Below, in pieces: positions 1 through 8,969 of a stretch of DNA of 55,614 bases. Source of the DNA: Gemmatimonadales bacterium (lineage in GTDB: Bacteria > Gemmatimonadota > Gemmatimonadetes > Gemmatimonadales > GWC2-71-9). The stretch is taken from NCBI GenBank assembly GCA_035711365.1, contig DASTCF010000086.1:1-55614 (forward strand). Direction: 5' to 3'. Numbering within the stretch: position 1 is the first letter of the stretch; each line of letters opens with the position of its first letter. The notes beneath the pieces were generated by a model that was not told the origin of the DNA, ran no database searches, and worked only from the letters and a program-made list of their open reading frames with translations. Both the position numbers and the translations under genes were made by a program.

Positions 1-2124
1 GGCAGCGCAATCGCACCCGACATGCTGGGCAGCGTATTCGAAGGGGTGATGGAACCGGAGACACGCCGGGCAAGCGGAACGTACTACACGCCGCCGGCCA
101 TGGTCCACGACCTCCTGGAAGCCGGCCTGGCCGCATTCGTAGCAGGGAGGATCGGCGATTCCGAAGCGAACTCCCTCCGGCGCCTCGATCAGGGCGATCC
201 GGAGGCGCTCGGGCAACTGGAGGACATCGCGATTCTCGACCCGGCAGCGGGGTCTGGCGCTTTCCTGCTCGGCGCTCTCGAACGATTGGCGACACTGCGT
301 TCGCCCGCCGGGACGCCCGCGATCCGGCGCCGGATTCTCACTCGAAACCTGTACGGGGTGGATCTCAACCCGGCCGCCGTGCGCCTGACCGAACTGAGGC
401 TCTGGCTGGCCGTGATCGCCGGGGAGGCCGACGGGAATCCTGAGGCCGTTGCGCCGCTTCCCAACCTCGATGCGTTCGTGCGGCAAGGGGACAGCCTGCG
501 GGACCCGCTGTGGTTGATTCTCCGGCACCCGGTCAGGGCGAGCGGCCTTGGAGTGACGCTGGGCCGCGCGCGAATCGCAGCCGCCATGGCCAGCGGGCGG
601 GCCAAGCGCGAAGCGTCGCGTCACCTCCGCCTGCTCGAACTTGCAGCTGCCGCGGAGCGACTGGACCAGGCCATCGGAGTCCTGGAGCGACGGGCGCACG
701 CGTGTCTCGAGGCCGGTCGCCAGCGGACCCTGCTCGGCGAGCGGCGAGGACTCGACCGGGCAATGCGAGCCGAGCTCAAGGGCTGCCGCGACGGGTTGCG
801 TGCAGTTCGCGTGTTGCGCCGCCGGCTTTCCCTCGACGGAGCCCTTCCCGCGTTCGACTTTGACACCGCCTTTGCCGACGTGATGGCGCGCGGCGGATTC
901 GACCTGGTGATCGGGAACCCGCCGTGGGTACGGGCGGAATCGCTCGCGCCCGCGGTGCGACACGAGCTTCGGAACCGATTTCGGTGGTGGCGTGCCGGCA
1001 GCGGGCGCGGGTTCGGTCACCAGCCCGACCTCGCGCTCGCATTCCTCGAGCGCGGGTGGGAGTTGACCGCCCCTGGAGGGGTACTGGCGTTTCTGGTCCC
1101 CGCCAAGCTGGCGACGGCAGGGTACGGCGCGGTGGCACGGGCTGCGCTGACTCAGCAGGGCACCTTGCTCGCCGCGGCGGATCTCGCTGACTCGGAGGAG
1201 AGCTTCCGGGCGACCGTGTATCCGCTCGCGGTTGTCGCGCGCCGGACCGGCGCACCCGCGGGTCACCGGCCCCGGACCACACTTGCCTCGGACAGCGGAG
1301 CCACCTTCACAATTCCATCTCCGCCCGAAGGGCCATGGATCATTGTCAGAGATCCGGTACACGAGGCGATCGGCTCGTTCCGAGACTTCCCTTCCCTCTC
1401 GGCCCGATTTGCACCCCGCCTCGGCGTGAAGACGGGCGCGAATCACCTCTTCCTGAACCCCCCGTCACAGGTGGAACCGGACATGCTCCGGCCGGCCATC
1501 AGGGGGCGAGACATCCGGGCATTCACGGTATCGCCGACGGCACGAATCATCTGGACTCACGACCTGACCGGCCGGGTGATGATGCAACTTCCACCTGGAG
1601 CTGCGGCACACTTCGGTCCGCATGCGCGGGCGCTTGCAAGGCGCAGAGACGCGGACGGCGGCCCACCCTGGCAGCTCTTCCGGGTGGCGGCCGGCCAGCC
1701 GGGGCCTCGCGTTGTCTGGGCCGACCTCGCCGTGCGGCTCGAGGCTGCGGCGCTGGCGGAGGGCGATTCGACCGCCTGGATTCCCCTCAACAGCTGCTAT
1801 GTGATTTGCTGCAGCACCTCGGACGAGGCGCTCGCCCTCAGCGCGTGGCTCAACACGATGTGGATGCGATCCGCCGCTCGTGCCGTCGCGGATCCGGCAA
1901 GCGGCGGATACGCCCGCTTCAATACCCGCGCGATCTCGTCGCTGCCGCTTCCCGCGCCAGTGATGTCGCATCCCGAGTTCCTCGTGCTGGCCCGCAGGGC
2001 GATCGGAGGCTCACCGGTCCAGGCTGAAATCGATGAGCTCGGCGCGACGCTTCTCGGGCTGAGCGAGAGCGCTCGTAGAGCGCTGGCCAATGTGGTGGGC
2101 GTCGGCACCGCGCGTGGTCGCTGA
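1..2124 (+). CDS. N6-adenine DNA methyltransferase, gamma-class Eco57I/TaqI-like (5' end runs off the window)
   Basis: Frame 1 is open from nt 1, so the gene is 5'-truncated by the window edge. Motifs: GTYYTP; SAM-binding motif I ILDPAAGSGAFL (D codon at nt 238); LYGVDLNP; catalytic motif IV NPPW (nt 916-927); C-terminal TaqI_C-like target-recognition segment (GVKTGANHLFL). No nuclease motif in the part visible. Confidence 0.85.
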   Translation, partial: GSAIAPDMLGSVFEGVMEPETRRASGTYYTPPAMVHDLLEAGLAAFVAGRIGDSEANSLRRLDQGDPEALGQLEDIAILDPAAGSGAFLLGALERLATLRSPAGTPAIRRRILTRNLYGVDLNPAAVRLTELRLWLAVIAGEADGNPEAVAPLPNLDAFVRQGDSLRDPLWLILRHPVRASGLGVTLGRARIAAAMASGRAKREASRHLRLLELAAAAERLDQAIGVLERRAHACLEAGRQRTLLGERRGLDRAMRAELKGCRDGLRAVRVLRRRLSLDGALPAFDFDTAFADVMARGGFDLVIGNPPWVRAESLAPAVRHELRNRFRWWRAGSGRGFGHQPDLALAFLERGWELTAPGGVLAFLVPAKLATAGYGAVARAALTQQGTLLAAADLADSEESFRATVYPLAVVARRTGAPAGHRPRTTLASDSGATFTIPSPPEGPWIIVRDPVHEAIGSFRDFPSLSARFAPRLGVKTGANHLFLNPPSQVEPDMLRPAIRGRDIRAFTVSPTARIIWTHDLTGRVMMQLPPGAAAHFGPHARALARRRDADGGPPWQLFRVAAGQPGPRVVWADLAVRLEAAALAEGDSTAWIPLNSCYVICCSTSDEALALSAWLNTMWMRSAARAVADPASGGYARFNTRAISSLPLPAPVMSHPEFLVLARRAIGGSPVQAEIDELGATLLGLSESARRALANVVGVGTARGR

Positions 2125-4378
2125 GGCCCTGGCGCCGCTTCCGGACCCTCTGGAGGCGATGCTCATTCCGGGTCCGCTGGCTGCCGCCCGGGCGGTCGCC
2201 CGAGCAATGGCACAATTAGTTGGGCCGCCCGAAGCGCCGGATGCCGCGCCACCGTGGCTCAGGCCCGAGCAGGTGCAAGCCTTCCGGCAGGCGCTCGCCG
2301 TGCTCCGCCGCCACCGCGCCTGCCTTTGCGCCGCTCCGGTCGGGACCGGCAAGACCTACATCGCGCTGGCGGTAGCCGGAGCCTGGGGTTTCCGGACAAC
2401 GTGCATCGTGCCAGCCGCGCTGATGGATCAATGGCGGCACACGGCCCGGCGACTGAATATCGACCTGGATCTGTGGTCTCATGAGCGGGTGAGCCGGGGC
2501 GCCGTTCCGACGGGCGAACCCTGCCTGGTGATCGTGGACGAGAGTCACCAGTTCCGGAACCCGGCCACGAAGCGCTATCGCACGCTCGCACCGTGGCTGC
2601 TTGGCCGGGCGCTACTTCTCCTGACCGGCACCCCGGCCGTGAATCGCACGGCGGACCTCTTTCACCAACTCCACCTGGGATTGCGAGACGACGCGCTCTC
2701 GCTCGAAGGTGTGGCTTCTCTCCGGCTTGCTCTGGGCGCCGGAAATGCGCCCTCCGCCCTGGCCTCGGTCATCGTGACTTCCGGTGGAACGCTCGCCAAA
2801 CCGGGAGGGCGACACACCAGCGAGACCCCCAGGTGCGGTACCGTGCCCCTCCTTCCTGCGCTCGACACGCTTGCCCTCTCCTCCGATCCCGCCATTGCCG
2901 CGTTGGTTCGACTCGTCCTGCTCCGCTCGGCCGCCTCGAGCCCTGCCGCCCTCCTCACGACGCTACGTCGTTACCAGGCGCTCCTGGCGCATGCGAGGGA
3001 TGCCCGGACGGCCGGGCGCCCGCTCAACCGCCGGGCGCTGCTTCAGTTCACCCGCGGCGCCGCGGCCCAATTGGTGTTCTGGGAATTGCTGGCACCGGTG
3101 CTGGACGGAAGCGAGCTGGTTGCGGGCGATCTCGCGCAGCTTGACCTGCTCCTGCCAAGGGCGGCTCGCCTCTCTGGGCGGAAAGACGGCAAGGCTTCAC
3201 GCCTGCTGGAGCTGCTCGAGGATCGGGCCACGACCATCGTCTTCACCGGGGCCCGCGAAACGATCGGATATCTTCGCCGACATCTCGGAGACCCCTGGCT
3301 GGCGTGGTGCACCGGCTCCCGGGCCGGCATCGGGAGGACGGAACTGCCGCGTGCCGATGTGTTGCGCTGGTTCAGGCCCGGGCGCCTCGCGGATCAGCGG
3401 CACACGCTTCCGGGGGCGCCGCGCACGCTGGTGACGACCGATGTCGCCGCGGAAGGGCTGGACTTACAGGCTGCCGCACGCGTTGTGCACTACGATCTCC
3501 CATGGACCGCCATTCGCCTCGATCAGCGGGATGGGCGCGCCGTCCGACTCGGCTCACCGCACGCCGAGGTGGAGGTCATCAGATTCGAGCCGACGCGCGC
3601 CATCGAGAGGCGGCTCCGGATCCTGGATCGCCTGGGCATCAAGGCGCTGCTTCCCTCCCGCCTCGGCCTTGCATCCGGAGCCCGTGACGCCTGGCGCTGG
3701 CGAAGTGAGTTGACGGGCGCCATCGGTGGGGGTCCAGCATCCAACGGTACGGCGCGGGTGCGCTCGTCCTCGTGTGGCTGCCTCGTGGGAATTGCCCTTG
3801 TCGGACCAGACGATCGGCACAGCGGCTTCGTGGTCTGGCGGGATGCCGCGGGACGTTGGACCGATGAGCCGCGCGTGATCGAGGGGCGGATTGCGGAGGC
3901 CTCACTGGCCACCGAGGTGGCAGCAATCGGAAGCGACACGCCGATTCGCCCGCCGGCGGATCTCGCTGAACTGGTTCGCGCGCGACTACGCGTGGCCCTG
4001 CAACCCGGATTCCTCGGCACGCCGGCGAGTGAAGCCGGCCGACGACTCATCACGCGGCTGCGCCGCCTTGCGGGGCACGGCATTCGGGCGCGGGATGCCG
4101 CCCTCACCTCGATAATCCAGGCGGCGCTTCGGTTCGCCGCGGGAGGTCACACGGCCGGCGAGGAGATGCTGGTCGAGAATCTGCTCGCGCTGGACGACGC
4201 CGGGCTCCAGTCGCGAATCCACGGCCTGCCGGCGGCGAATCCGCCACCAACCCTGCTCGTGCCGCAGCTCGTTGGCATCATCCTCTTCGAGGCGGACTGC
4301 CCCGCACACCGTGGCACGGCTACGTTACCGGGATGCCGCGCATCAGGACCGTGCTGTTCGATCTCGACGGAACGCTGA
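2090..4378 (+). CDS. SNF2/Rad54-family helicase-like ATPase with an uncharacterised ~230-aa C-terminal region
   Basis: Motifs: Walker A APVGTGKTY (GTGKT codons nt 2342-2356); DESH box VIVDESHQFRN (nt 2537-2548); LLLTGTPAVNR; helicase-C motifs TTDVAAEGLDLQ and YDLPWTAIRLDQRDGRAVRLG. The ATG at 2090 overlaps the methyltransferase 3' end by 35 nt (alternative ATG at 2159). The 3' end overlaps the next gene by 46 nt. Confidence 0.8.
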   Translation: MWWASAPRVVAEALAPLPDPLEAMLIPGPLAAARAVARAMAQLVGPPEAPDAAPPWLRPEQVQAFRQALAVLRRHRACLCAAPVGTGKTYIALAVAGAWGFRTTCIVPAALMDQWRHTARRLNIDLDLWSHERVSRGAVPTGEPCLVIVDESHQFRNPATKRYRTLAPWLLGRALLLLTGTPAVNRTADLFHQLHLGLRDDALSLEGVASLRLALGAGNAPSALASVIVTSGGTLAKPGGRHTSETPRCGTVPLLPALDTLALSSDPAIAALVRLVLLRSAASSPAALLTTLRRYQALLAHARDARTAGRPLNRRALLQFTRGAAAQLVFWELLAPVLDGSELVAGDLAQLDLLLPRAARLSGRKDGKASRLLELLEDRATTIVFTGARETIGYLRRHLGDPWLAWCTGSRAGIGRTELPRADVLRWFRPGRLADQRHTLPGAPRTLVTTDVAAEGLDLQAAARVVHYDLPWTAIRLDQRDGRAVRLGSPHAEVEVIRFEPTRAIERRLRILDRLGIKALLPSRLGLASGARDAWRWRSELTGAIGGGPASNGTARVRSSSCGCLVGIALVGPDDRHSGFVVWRDAAGRWTDEPRVIEGRIAEASLATEVAAIGSDTPIRPPADLAELVRARLRVALQPGFLGTPASEAGRRLITRLRRLAGHGIRARDAALTSIIQAALRFAAGGHTAGEEMLVENLLALDDAGLQSRIHGLPAANPPPTLLVPQLVGIILFEADCPAHRGTATLPGCRASGPCCSISTER

Positions 4379-4980
4379 TCGACTCGATCGGCCTCATCAT
4401 CGATTCCTATCACCATACGCTGAGCGTCCATGGGCTGGCGCCGCGGAGCGATGCGGAGTGGCTGCGCGGCATAGGTACCCCGCTTCGGGCGCAGTTTGCC
4501 GAACTGGTTGAAGACGCGGCAATGATGGATGCGCTGATCGCCACCTACCGGACCTACAACCTCGCCCACCATGACAGCCGGGTGTCGGTCTACGCAGGAA
4601 TCGTGGACGTCGTGCGGGCCGTGAAAGAGGCGGGATGTGCGACCGGGCTCGTCACGAGCAAGAACCGGGGCGGGGCCCTCCGTGGCCTGAGCGTCGCCGG
4701 GTTGGTTGACGCGATCGACATTCTGGTCTGCGCCGATGACGTGACCAACCCCAAGCCGCACCGGGAACCCGTGGACCAGGCCGTCGCCCTGCTGCGCGCA
4801 GACCCGTCGACGACCGTGTACGTCGGCGACAGTGTCCACGACATGCAGTCGGGCCGGAGTGCGGGCGTCCTGACGGCCGCAGTATTGTGGGGGCCGTTCT
4901 CCCGCGAGGAACTCGCGCCGTCCGCCCCGGATTACTGGCTGTCCCGCCCTGAAGAGCTGATAACTCTCATCAGCGATTGA
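4333..4980 (+). CDS. HAD-superfamily phosphatase (PpaX/phosphoglycolate phosphatase-like)
   Basis: HAD motif I FDLDGTLIDS, motif II VTSK, motif IV YVGDSVHDMQSG. ATG at 4333. Confidence 0.85.
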   Translation: MPRIRTVLFDLDGTLIDSIGLIIDSYHHTLSVHGLAPRSDAEWLRGIGTPLRAQFAELVEDAAMMDALIATYRTYNLAHHDSRVSVYAGIVDVVRAVKEAGCATGLVTSKNRGGALRGLSVAGLVDAIDILVCADDVTNPKPHREPVDQAVALLRADPSTTVYVGDSVHDMQSGRSAGVLTAAVLWGPFSREELAPSAPDYWLSRPEELITLISD

Positions 4981-5091
4981 ACTTCCGCATTCCGAGATGC
5001 CCTCGGTAACGGGATTGCCTTGCGACCCCGGCCCCCGCCCTTATCTTCCCGCCCGGCCAGACCCAATCGTGACTTTCCTGAGGATGAGTTC

Positions 5092-5712
5092 ATGCGACTT
5101 CTGCCGCGGGATGAACGGTTCTTCGACCTGTTCGATGAGGTGGCCAAGCGTAACGTCGAAGCCGCGAAGCAGCTCCGTGACGTCCTTGCGGCCGACGTGG
5201 ATCACCGGTTGCCGCTGGTCGAATCGATCAAGCGACTGGAACACGAGGCCGACGACCTGACCCACGAAGTCGTCACCCGGCTCGACCGGACGTTCATCAC
5301 ACCGCTCGACCGCGAGGACATCCACATGCTCGCCTCGCGGCTTGACGATGTGATGGACCTGATCGACGGCTGCGCCAGGAAGGTGCAGATGTTCCATGCC
5401 GGAGATGCTCCCCAGGGGGCGCACCTTCTGGCGGAAGTCATCCATCGGACGACCGAGCAACTGCTCGTCGCGGTGTCCGGCCTCAAGAAGACGAAGAACA
5501 ACCACGTCATGCAGGCCTGCATCGCCGTGAAGGGGCTCGAGGAGGACGGGGATGCGATCTACCACGAGTGGCTGGGCCGGCTGTTCGAGGGCACTCCTGA
5601 TCCGCTGATGGTCATCCGCTGGAAGGAGATCTACGACACGCTGGAGAAGACCCTCGACTACGCCGAGGACGTGGCCAACGTGCTCGAGTCTGTCTTCATC
5701 AAGCACGCCTGA
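5092..5712 (+). CDS. DUF47 (PhoU-like) phosphate-transport regulator-type protein
   Basis: The N-terminus MRLLPRDERFFDLFDE is typical of DUF47 proteins paired with PiT transporters. ATG at 5092 is preceded by AGGA. The longer ORF from 5020 encodes a Pro/Arg-rich extension and is judged non-coding. Confidence 0.8.
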   Translation: MRLLPRDERFFDLFDEVAKRNVEAAKQLRDVLAADVDHRLPLVESIKRLEHEADDLTHEVVTRLDRTFITPLDREDIHMLASRLDDVMDLIDGCARKVQMFHAGDAPQGAHLLAEVIHRTTEQLLVAVSGLKKTKNNHVMQACIAVKGLEEDGDAIYHEWLGRLFEGTPDPLMVIRWKEIYDTLEKTLDYAEDVANVLESVFIKHA

Positions 5713-5714
5713 GC

Positions 5715-6743
5715 ATGACTGCCTCCATCAGCCTGATTCTCGTCATCATCCTGGTGGCGCTGATCTTCGATTTCATCAACGGCTTCCACGACAGCGCCAA
5801 CTCCATCGCTACCGTGGTTTCGACGCGGGTGCTGTCGCCCGGCGTCGCAGTGCTGTGGGCGGCGTTCTTCAATTTCGTCGCCGCATTCACGGTCGGGACC
5901 GCGGTGGCGAAGACCATCAGCAAAGGGCTGATCGAGCCCTCTGTCGTGGACGCCAACGTCGTGCTCGCTGCCCTGCTTGGCGCAATCGCGTGGAACCTGG
6001 TCACCTGGTACTTCGGGCTGCCGAGCTCGTCCTCGCACGCCCTGATGGGAGGGTTTGGCGGCGCGGCCGTGGCCAAGGCCGGTGCCGTCGCCCTGATCAC
6101 GGCTGGCTGGATCAAGCCGATCCTGTTCATCGTGATCAGCCCGATTCTGGGCATGACCATCGCACTGCTGCTGACCGTCGCCCTGTCGTGGGCCCTCCGC
6201 CGCCAGCACCCAGGGCCCCTCGACGCGGTATTCCGCCGGTTGCAGCTACTCTCGGCCGGTCTCTACTCACTGAGTCACGGCGCCAACGACGCCCAGAAGA
6301 CGATGGGCATCATCGTCAGCCTGCTCGTGGCCAGCCAGGCGCTCTTTGTGGACCAGACCGGCTGGCTTAGCCTGCTCCACGTCCCAACTGCCGATCATAT
6401 TCCGCTGTGGGTGGAGATGGCGGCCTACACGGCCATCGCACTCGGCACCGCCCTGGGCGGCTGGCGCATCGTCAAGACGATGGGCAGCCGGATCACGAAA
6501 CTCCGTCCGTTCGGTGGTTTCTGCGCGGAGACGGCGGGGGGCATTACGATCCTCATCGCGTCGGCGCTGGGTGTGCCCGTCAGCACAACCCACACCATCA
6601 CCGGCGCGATCGTGGGCGTGGGCGCGACGCGCCGAATCTCGGCGGTTCGCTGGGGAGTCGCCGGAACGATTGTGTGGGCGTGGGTCCTCACGATTCCGAT
6701 GAGCGCGGCCATCGCTGGCCTGACTTACTTCATCCTGCGCTGA
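5715..6743 (+). CDS. pit: inorganic phosphate transporter, PiT (PHO4) family
   Basis: FDFINGFHDSANSIAT signature and its repeated C-terminal counterpart (SHGANDAQKTMG). Multi-pass hydrophobic protein. Starts 2 nt after the DUF47 stop. Confidence 0.9.
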   Translation: MTASISLILVIILVALIFDFINGFHDSANSIATVVSTRVLSPGVAVLWAAFFNFVAAFTVGTAVAKTISKGLIEPSVVDANVVLAALLGAIAWNLVTWYFGLPSSSSHALMGGFGGAAVAKAGAVALITAGWIKPILFIVISPILGMTIALLLTVALSWALRRQHPGPLDAVFRRLQLLSAGLYSLSHGANDAQKTMGIIVSLLVASQALFVDQTGWLSLLHVPTADHIPLWVEMAAYTAIALGTALGGWRIVKTMGSRITKLRPFGGFCAETAGGITILIASALGVPVSTTHTITGAIVGVGATRRISAVRWGVAGTIVWAWVLTIPMSAAIAGLTYFILR

Positions 6744-6795
6744 GCCGCTTCACGTCCCGGCGGCAGCCCGGCAAGCCCGCTATTCTTCGTTGCGT

Positions 6796-7407
6796 ATGCC
6801 CGCGCACGCTCTCCTGCTCGCCGCCGGTTCGGGAAGCCGTTTCGGCAGCCACAAGCTGGTCGCCGTCTGGCGCGGCCGTCCCATGATCGCGCACGTCATC
6901 ACGACCATCAATGCCCTGCGCGACCGCGGCGCCATCGCCGGCGCGCTGGCGGTGGTTCGCTCCGGGGACGATCGGGTCATCGACCTGGCCCGGCAGGCGG
7001 GATTCCGGCTGGTGCTGAATTCGGATCCGGGGGAAGGGCTGTCGCACTCACTCAGGCTCGGGCTCGGCGCCCTTGCGATGCTCGATCCGGTTCCGGACGG
7101 AGCCCTGGTGTTCCTCGCGGATCAGCCGGCGGTGCCGATCGCGGCCGCCGAGGATGTGCTCACCGCGTGGAATCTCGCGGGTGGGCCGGTCGTCCGCCCA
7201 CGGTATGAGGCGAGTCCGGCGGAGCCGGGCCACCCGATCCTGCTCGACCGGGACGTGTGGGGCCTCGCCGACGGCCTGACCGGCGACCATGGACTCGGCG
7301 CGGCCCTGGCGCGGGCGCCGGACCTCGTGACGTATGTCGACGTGGACGGCGCCAATCCCGACGTGGATACTCCTGCGGACCTGACCCGCCTGCCGCGGTC
7401 CTCCTGA
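6796..7407 (+). CDS. MobA/MocA-like nucleotidyltransferase (molybdenum cofactor cytidylyl/guanylyl-transferase family)
   Basis: N-terminal LLLAAGSGSRFG NTP-transferase loop; size about 200 aa. ATG at 6796 (the ORF track starts at a TTG at 6790). Confidence 0.75.
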   Translation: MPAHALLLAAGSGSRFGSHKLVAVWRGRPMIAHVITTINALRDRGAIAGALAVVRSGDDRVIDLARQAGFRLVLNSDPGEGLSHSLRLGLGALAMLDPVPDGALVFLADQPAVPIAAAEDVLTAWNLAGGPVVRPRYEASPAEPGHPILLDRDVWGLADGLTGDHGLGAALARAPDLVTYVDVDGANPDVDTPADLTRLPRSS

Positions 7408-8936
7408 TGCAACTCGAGTTTTCCGGCACGCCGACCCTGGCGCTGCCGCGCGAGACGGTCTGGCGGCACCTCGTCGACCCTCAGACACTCGCGACCTGCA
7501 CCCCGGACGCCCGTGACTTCCGCATCGTCGCGCCGGGCCGGTATGCGGCCACCTGCGCGATCGGCGCCGGGGTGTTCCGGATTCACGTCGCGCTGGACAT
7601 CGAGCTGCACGATCTCGCGCCTCCCGCGTCCGTGCGGTGGCGTGCCCACGGCACCGCGCCCGGATCCACTCTCGAAGTCAACACGACCGTGCACCTCGAT
7701 GCTCTTGGCGGCGGGCACACGCATCTCGCGTGGCGGTCCGCGGTCACGACCCACGGGATGATCGCGAGACTGGGGCGCGGTCTCGTCGAGGAAACCCTGC
7801 GCCATTTCACCAGCCGCTTCTGGGACAACGTCGCCGACCGTTTCGCGACGCTCGGGCCCTCCGGGGCCGTTCGCCTGCTCCCGGACCAGCTGCTTGATCT
7901 CACCGCGGCGCGGCTGGACGGTGCGGTGCTGCTCGGCGCAGTGAGCCTGCCGTCCGGTGTATTGCCGAAGGGCACGCGTCTCGACTCGGTCGCTTCAGAC
8001 GCGCTGCTTGCGGCCGCCCGGGAGCGTCTCATCACCGCTCCGGTGTCCATCGCCTGGATCGGCTCCGACGAACTGCATGAGGACGATGCCGCACAGCGTC
8101 TCGCCGCGGCGGTAGCGGGCAGCGGGGTTGCCGTGCGCGACGCGAAACAGAGCCGCGTGGACCTGGTTGCAGCTCAACGGGGCGTGCTCCGGGTGGCCGT
8201 GGGACCGCTGTCACGGATCAATTCCCTCGATCCGCTGGAAGTGTTCTCCCGCTTCGACGGGCAGGCGGTCGAGGCGGGCGAGGTCGTGGCGAGCGCCAAG
8301 GTTGCGCCCCACGTCGTGGAGGCGCGAACCGTCGAGGAGGCGGAAATGCTGGCCCGGGACGGCGGGCCCGTCATCGACGTGCTGGGTTATGCGCGCATGG
8401 GTGTCGCGGCTATCGCGGCCGAGTCCCTCACACCGGAAGCGCGGACGCGGTTCGAGGCCGCGGCCCGGCTGCGGGCCGAGGCCCTCGACGGCTCGTTCGC
8501 CGGATTCGCCGACTGCGCCGCGCCGGAACCGGCTGCCGCACAGGCCCTGGCCTACACCGCCCTCACGGAGTTGAGCCTCGGTCGGAAGGTGCCGGTCCTC
8601 CTGATCGGGGGTGTCTCGGCGGGCAATCCGCTCGCGCCGTTCTTCGCGGCACTCACGGCACTCGGCGGCGAGGTCGTCCGCCGCGGCGTGCCGGCACATC
8701 CCGGCTCGATGCTCTGGCTCGGCCGCCTGGGAGAGTCGCAGCTGCTGGGGCTCCCGCAGTGCGGCGTGCTCGGCATGGCCACGGCGCTCGACCTGATTCT
8801 GCCCCGACTCATGACCGGAGAGCGACTCACGGCCGAAGCGCTGGCGGGCTTCGGACACGGGGGGCTCCTCGGCCCCGAAATGCGATTTCGCTTTCCGGCA
8901 TACGCCCGCACACTCCCGGACGCGCACTCCCCTTGA
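7407..8936 (+). CDS. CoxG-like SRPBCC domain fused to a MoeA-like molybdopterin-binding domain
   Basis: ATG at 7407 overlaps the upstream TGA (TGATG). The N-terminal ~145 aa resemble CoxG (carbon monoxide dehydrogenase subunit G family). The C-terminal part has a MoCF-binding-like segment (VPVLLIGGVSAGNPL ... GVPAHPGSMLWLG). The ORF part 7257-7406 is judged a spurious extension. Confidence 0.6.
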   Translation: MQLEFSGTPTLALPRETVWRHLVDPQTLATCTPDARDFRIVAPGRYAATCAIGAGVFRIHVALDIELHDLAPPASVRWRAHGTAPGSTLEVNTTVHLDALGGGHTHLAWRSAVTTHGMIARLGRGLVEETLRHFTSRFWDNVADRFATLGPSGAVRLLPDQLLDLTAARLDGAVLLGAVSLPSGVLPKGTRLDSVASDALLAAARERLITAPVSIAWIGSDELHEDDAAQRLAAAVAGSGVAVRDAKQSRVDLVAAQRGVLRVAVGPLSRINSLDPLEVFSRFDGQAVEAGEVVASAKVAPHVVEARTVEEAEMLARDGGPVIDVLGYARMGVAAIAAESLTPEARTRFEAAARLRAEALDGSFAGFADCAAPEPAAAQALAYTALTELSLGRKVPVLLIGGVSAGNPLAPFFAALTALGGEVVRRGVPAHPGSMLWLGRLGESQLLGLPQCGVLGMATALDLILPRLMTGERLTAEALAGFGHGGLLGPEMRFRFPAYARTLPDAHSP

Positions 8937-8969
8937 CCTCGCGTGCTTCGGGCCGGTTATTACCCCGTG

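Noticed and set aside
1-4980. Genomic-island or mobile-element status for the methyltransferase/helicase region
   Set aside because: No integrase, transposase, tRNA, direct repeats or visible GC shift lies within the window. Island status cannot be judged because the upstream flank is missing.
4981-5091. Pho-box or riboswitch in the 111-nt region upstream of the DUF47-PiT pair
   Set aside because: I found no CTGTCAT-type direct repeats or conserved riboswitch-like structure by eye.
5041-5706. 221-aa minus-strand ORF mirroring the DUF47 gene almost end to end. The same applies to 4147-4839 (-) opposite the HAD gene.
   Set aside because: The plus-strand genes carry the family motifs (FFDLFDE; DLDGTLIDS). 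The mirror ORFs have none.
7257-7406. N-terminal extensions of longest ORFs: 7257-7406, 10184-10687, 34102-34308 (-), 37520-37657, 44450-44566, 49388-49609, 5020-5091, 18767-18835 (-), 20753-21055 (-)
   Set aside because: The extensions overlap the preceding gene or encode Arg/Pro-rich junk. An internal start with an SD, or with a start-stop overlap and a family-typical N-terminus, exists in each case.
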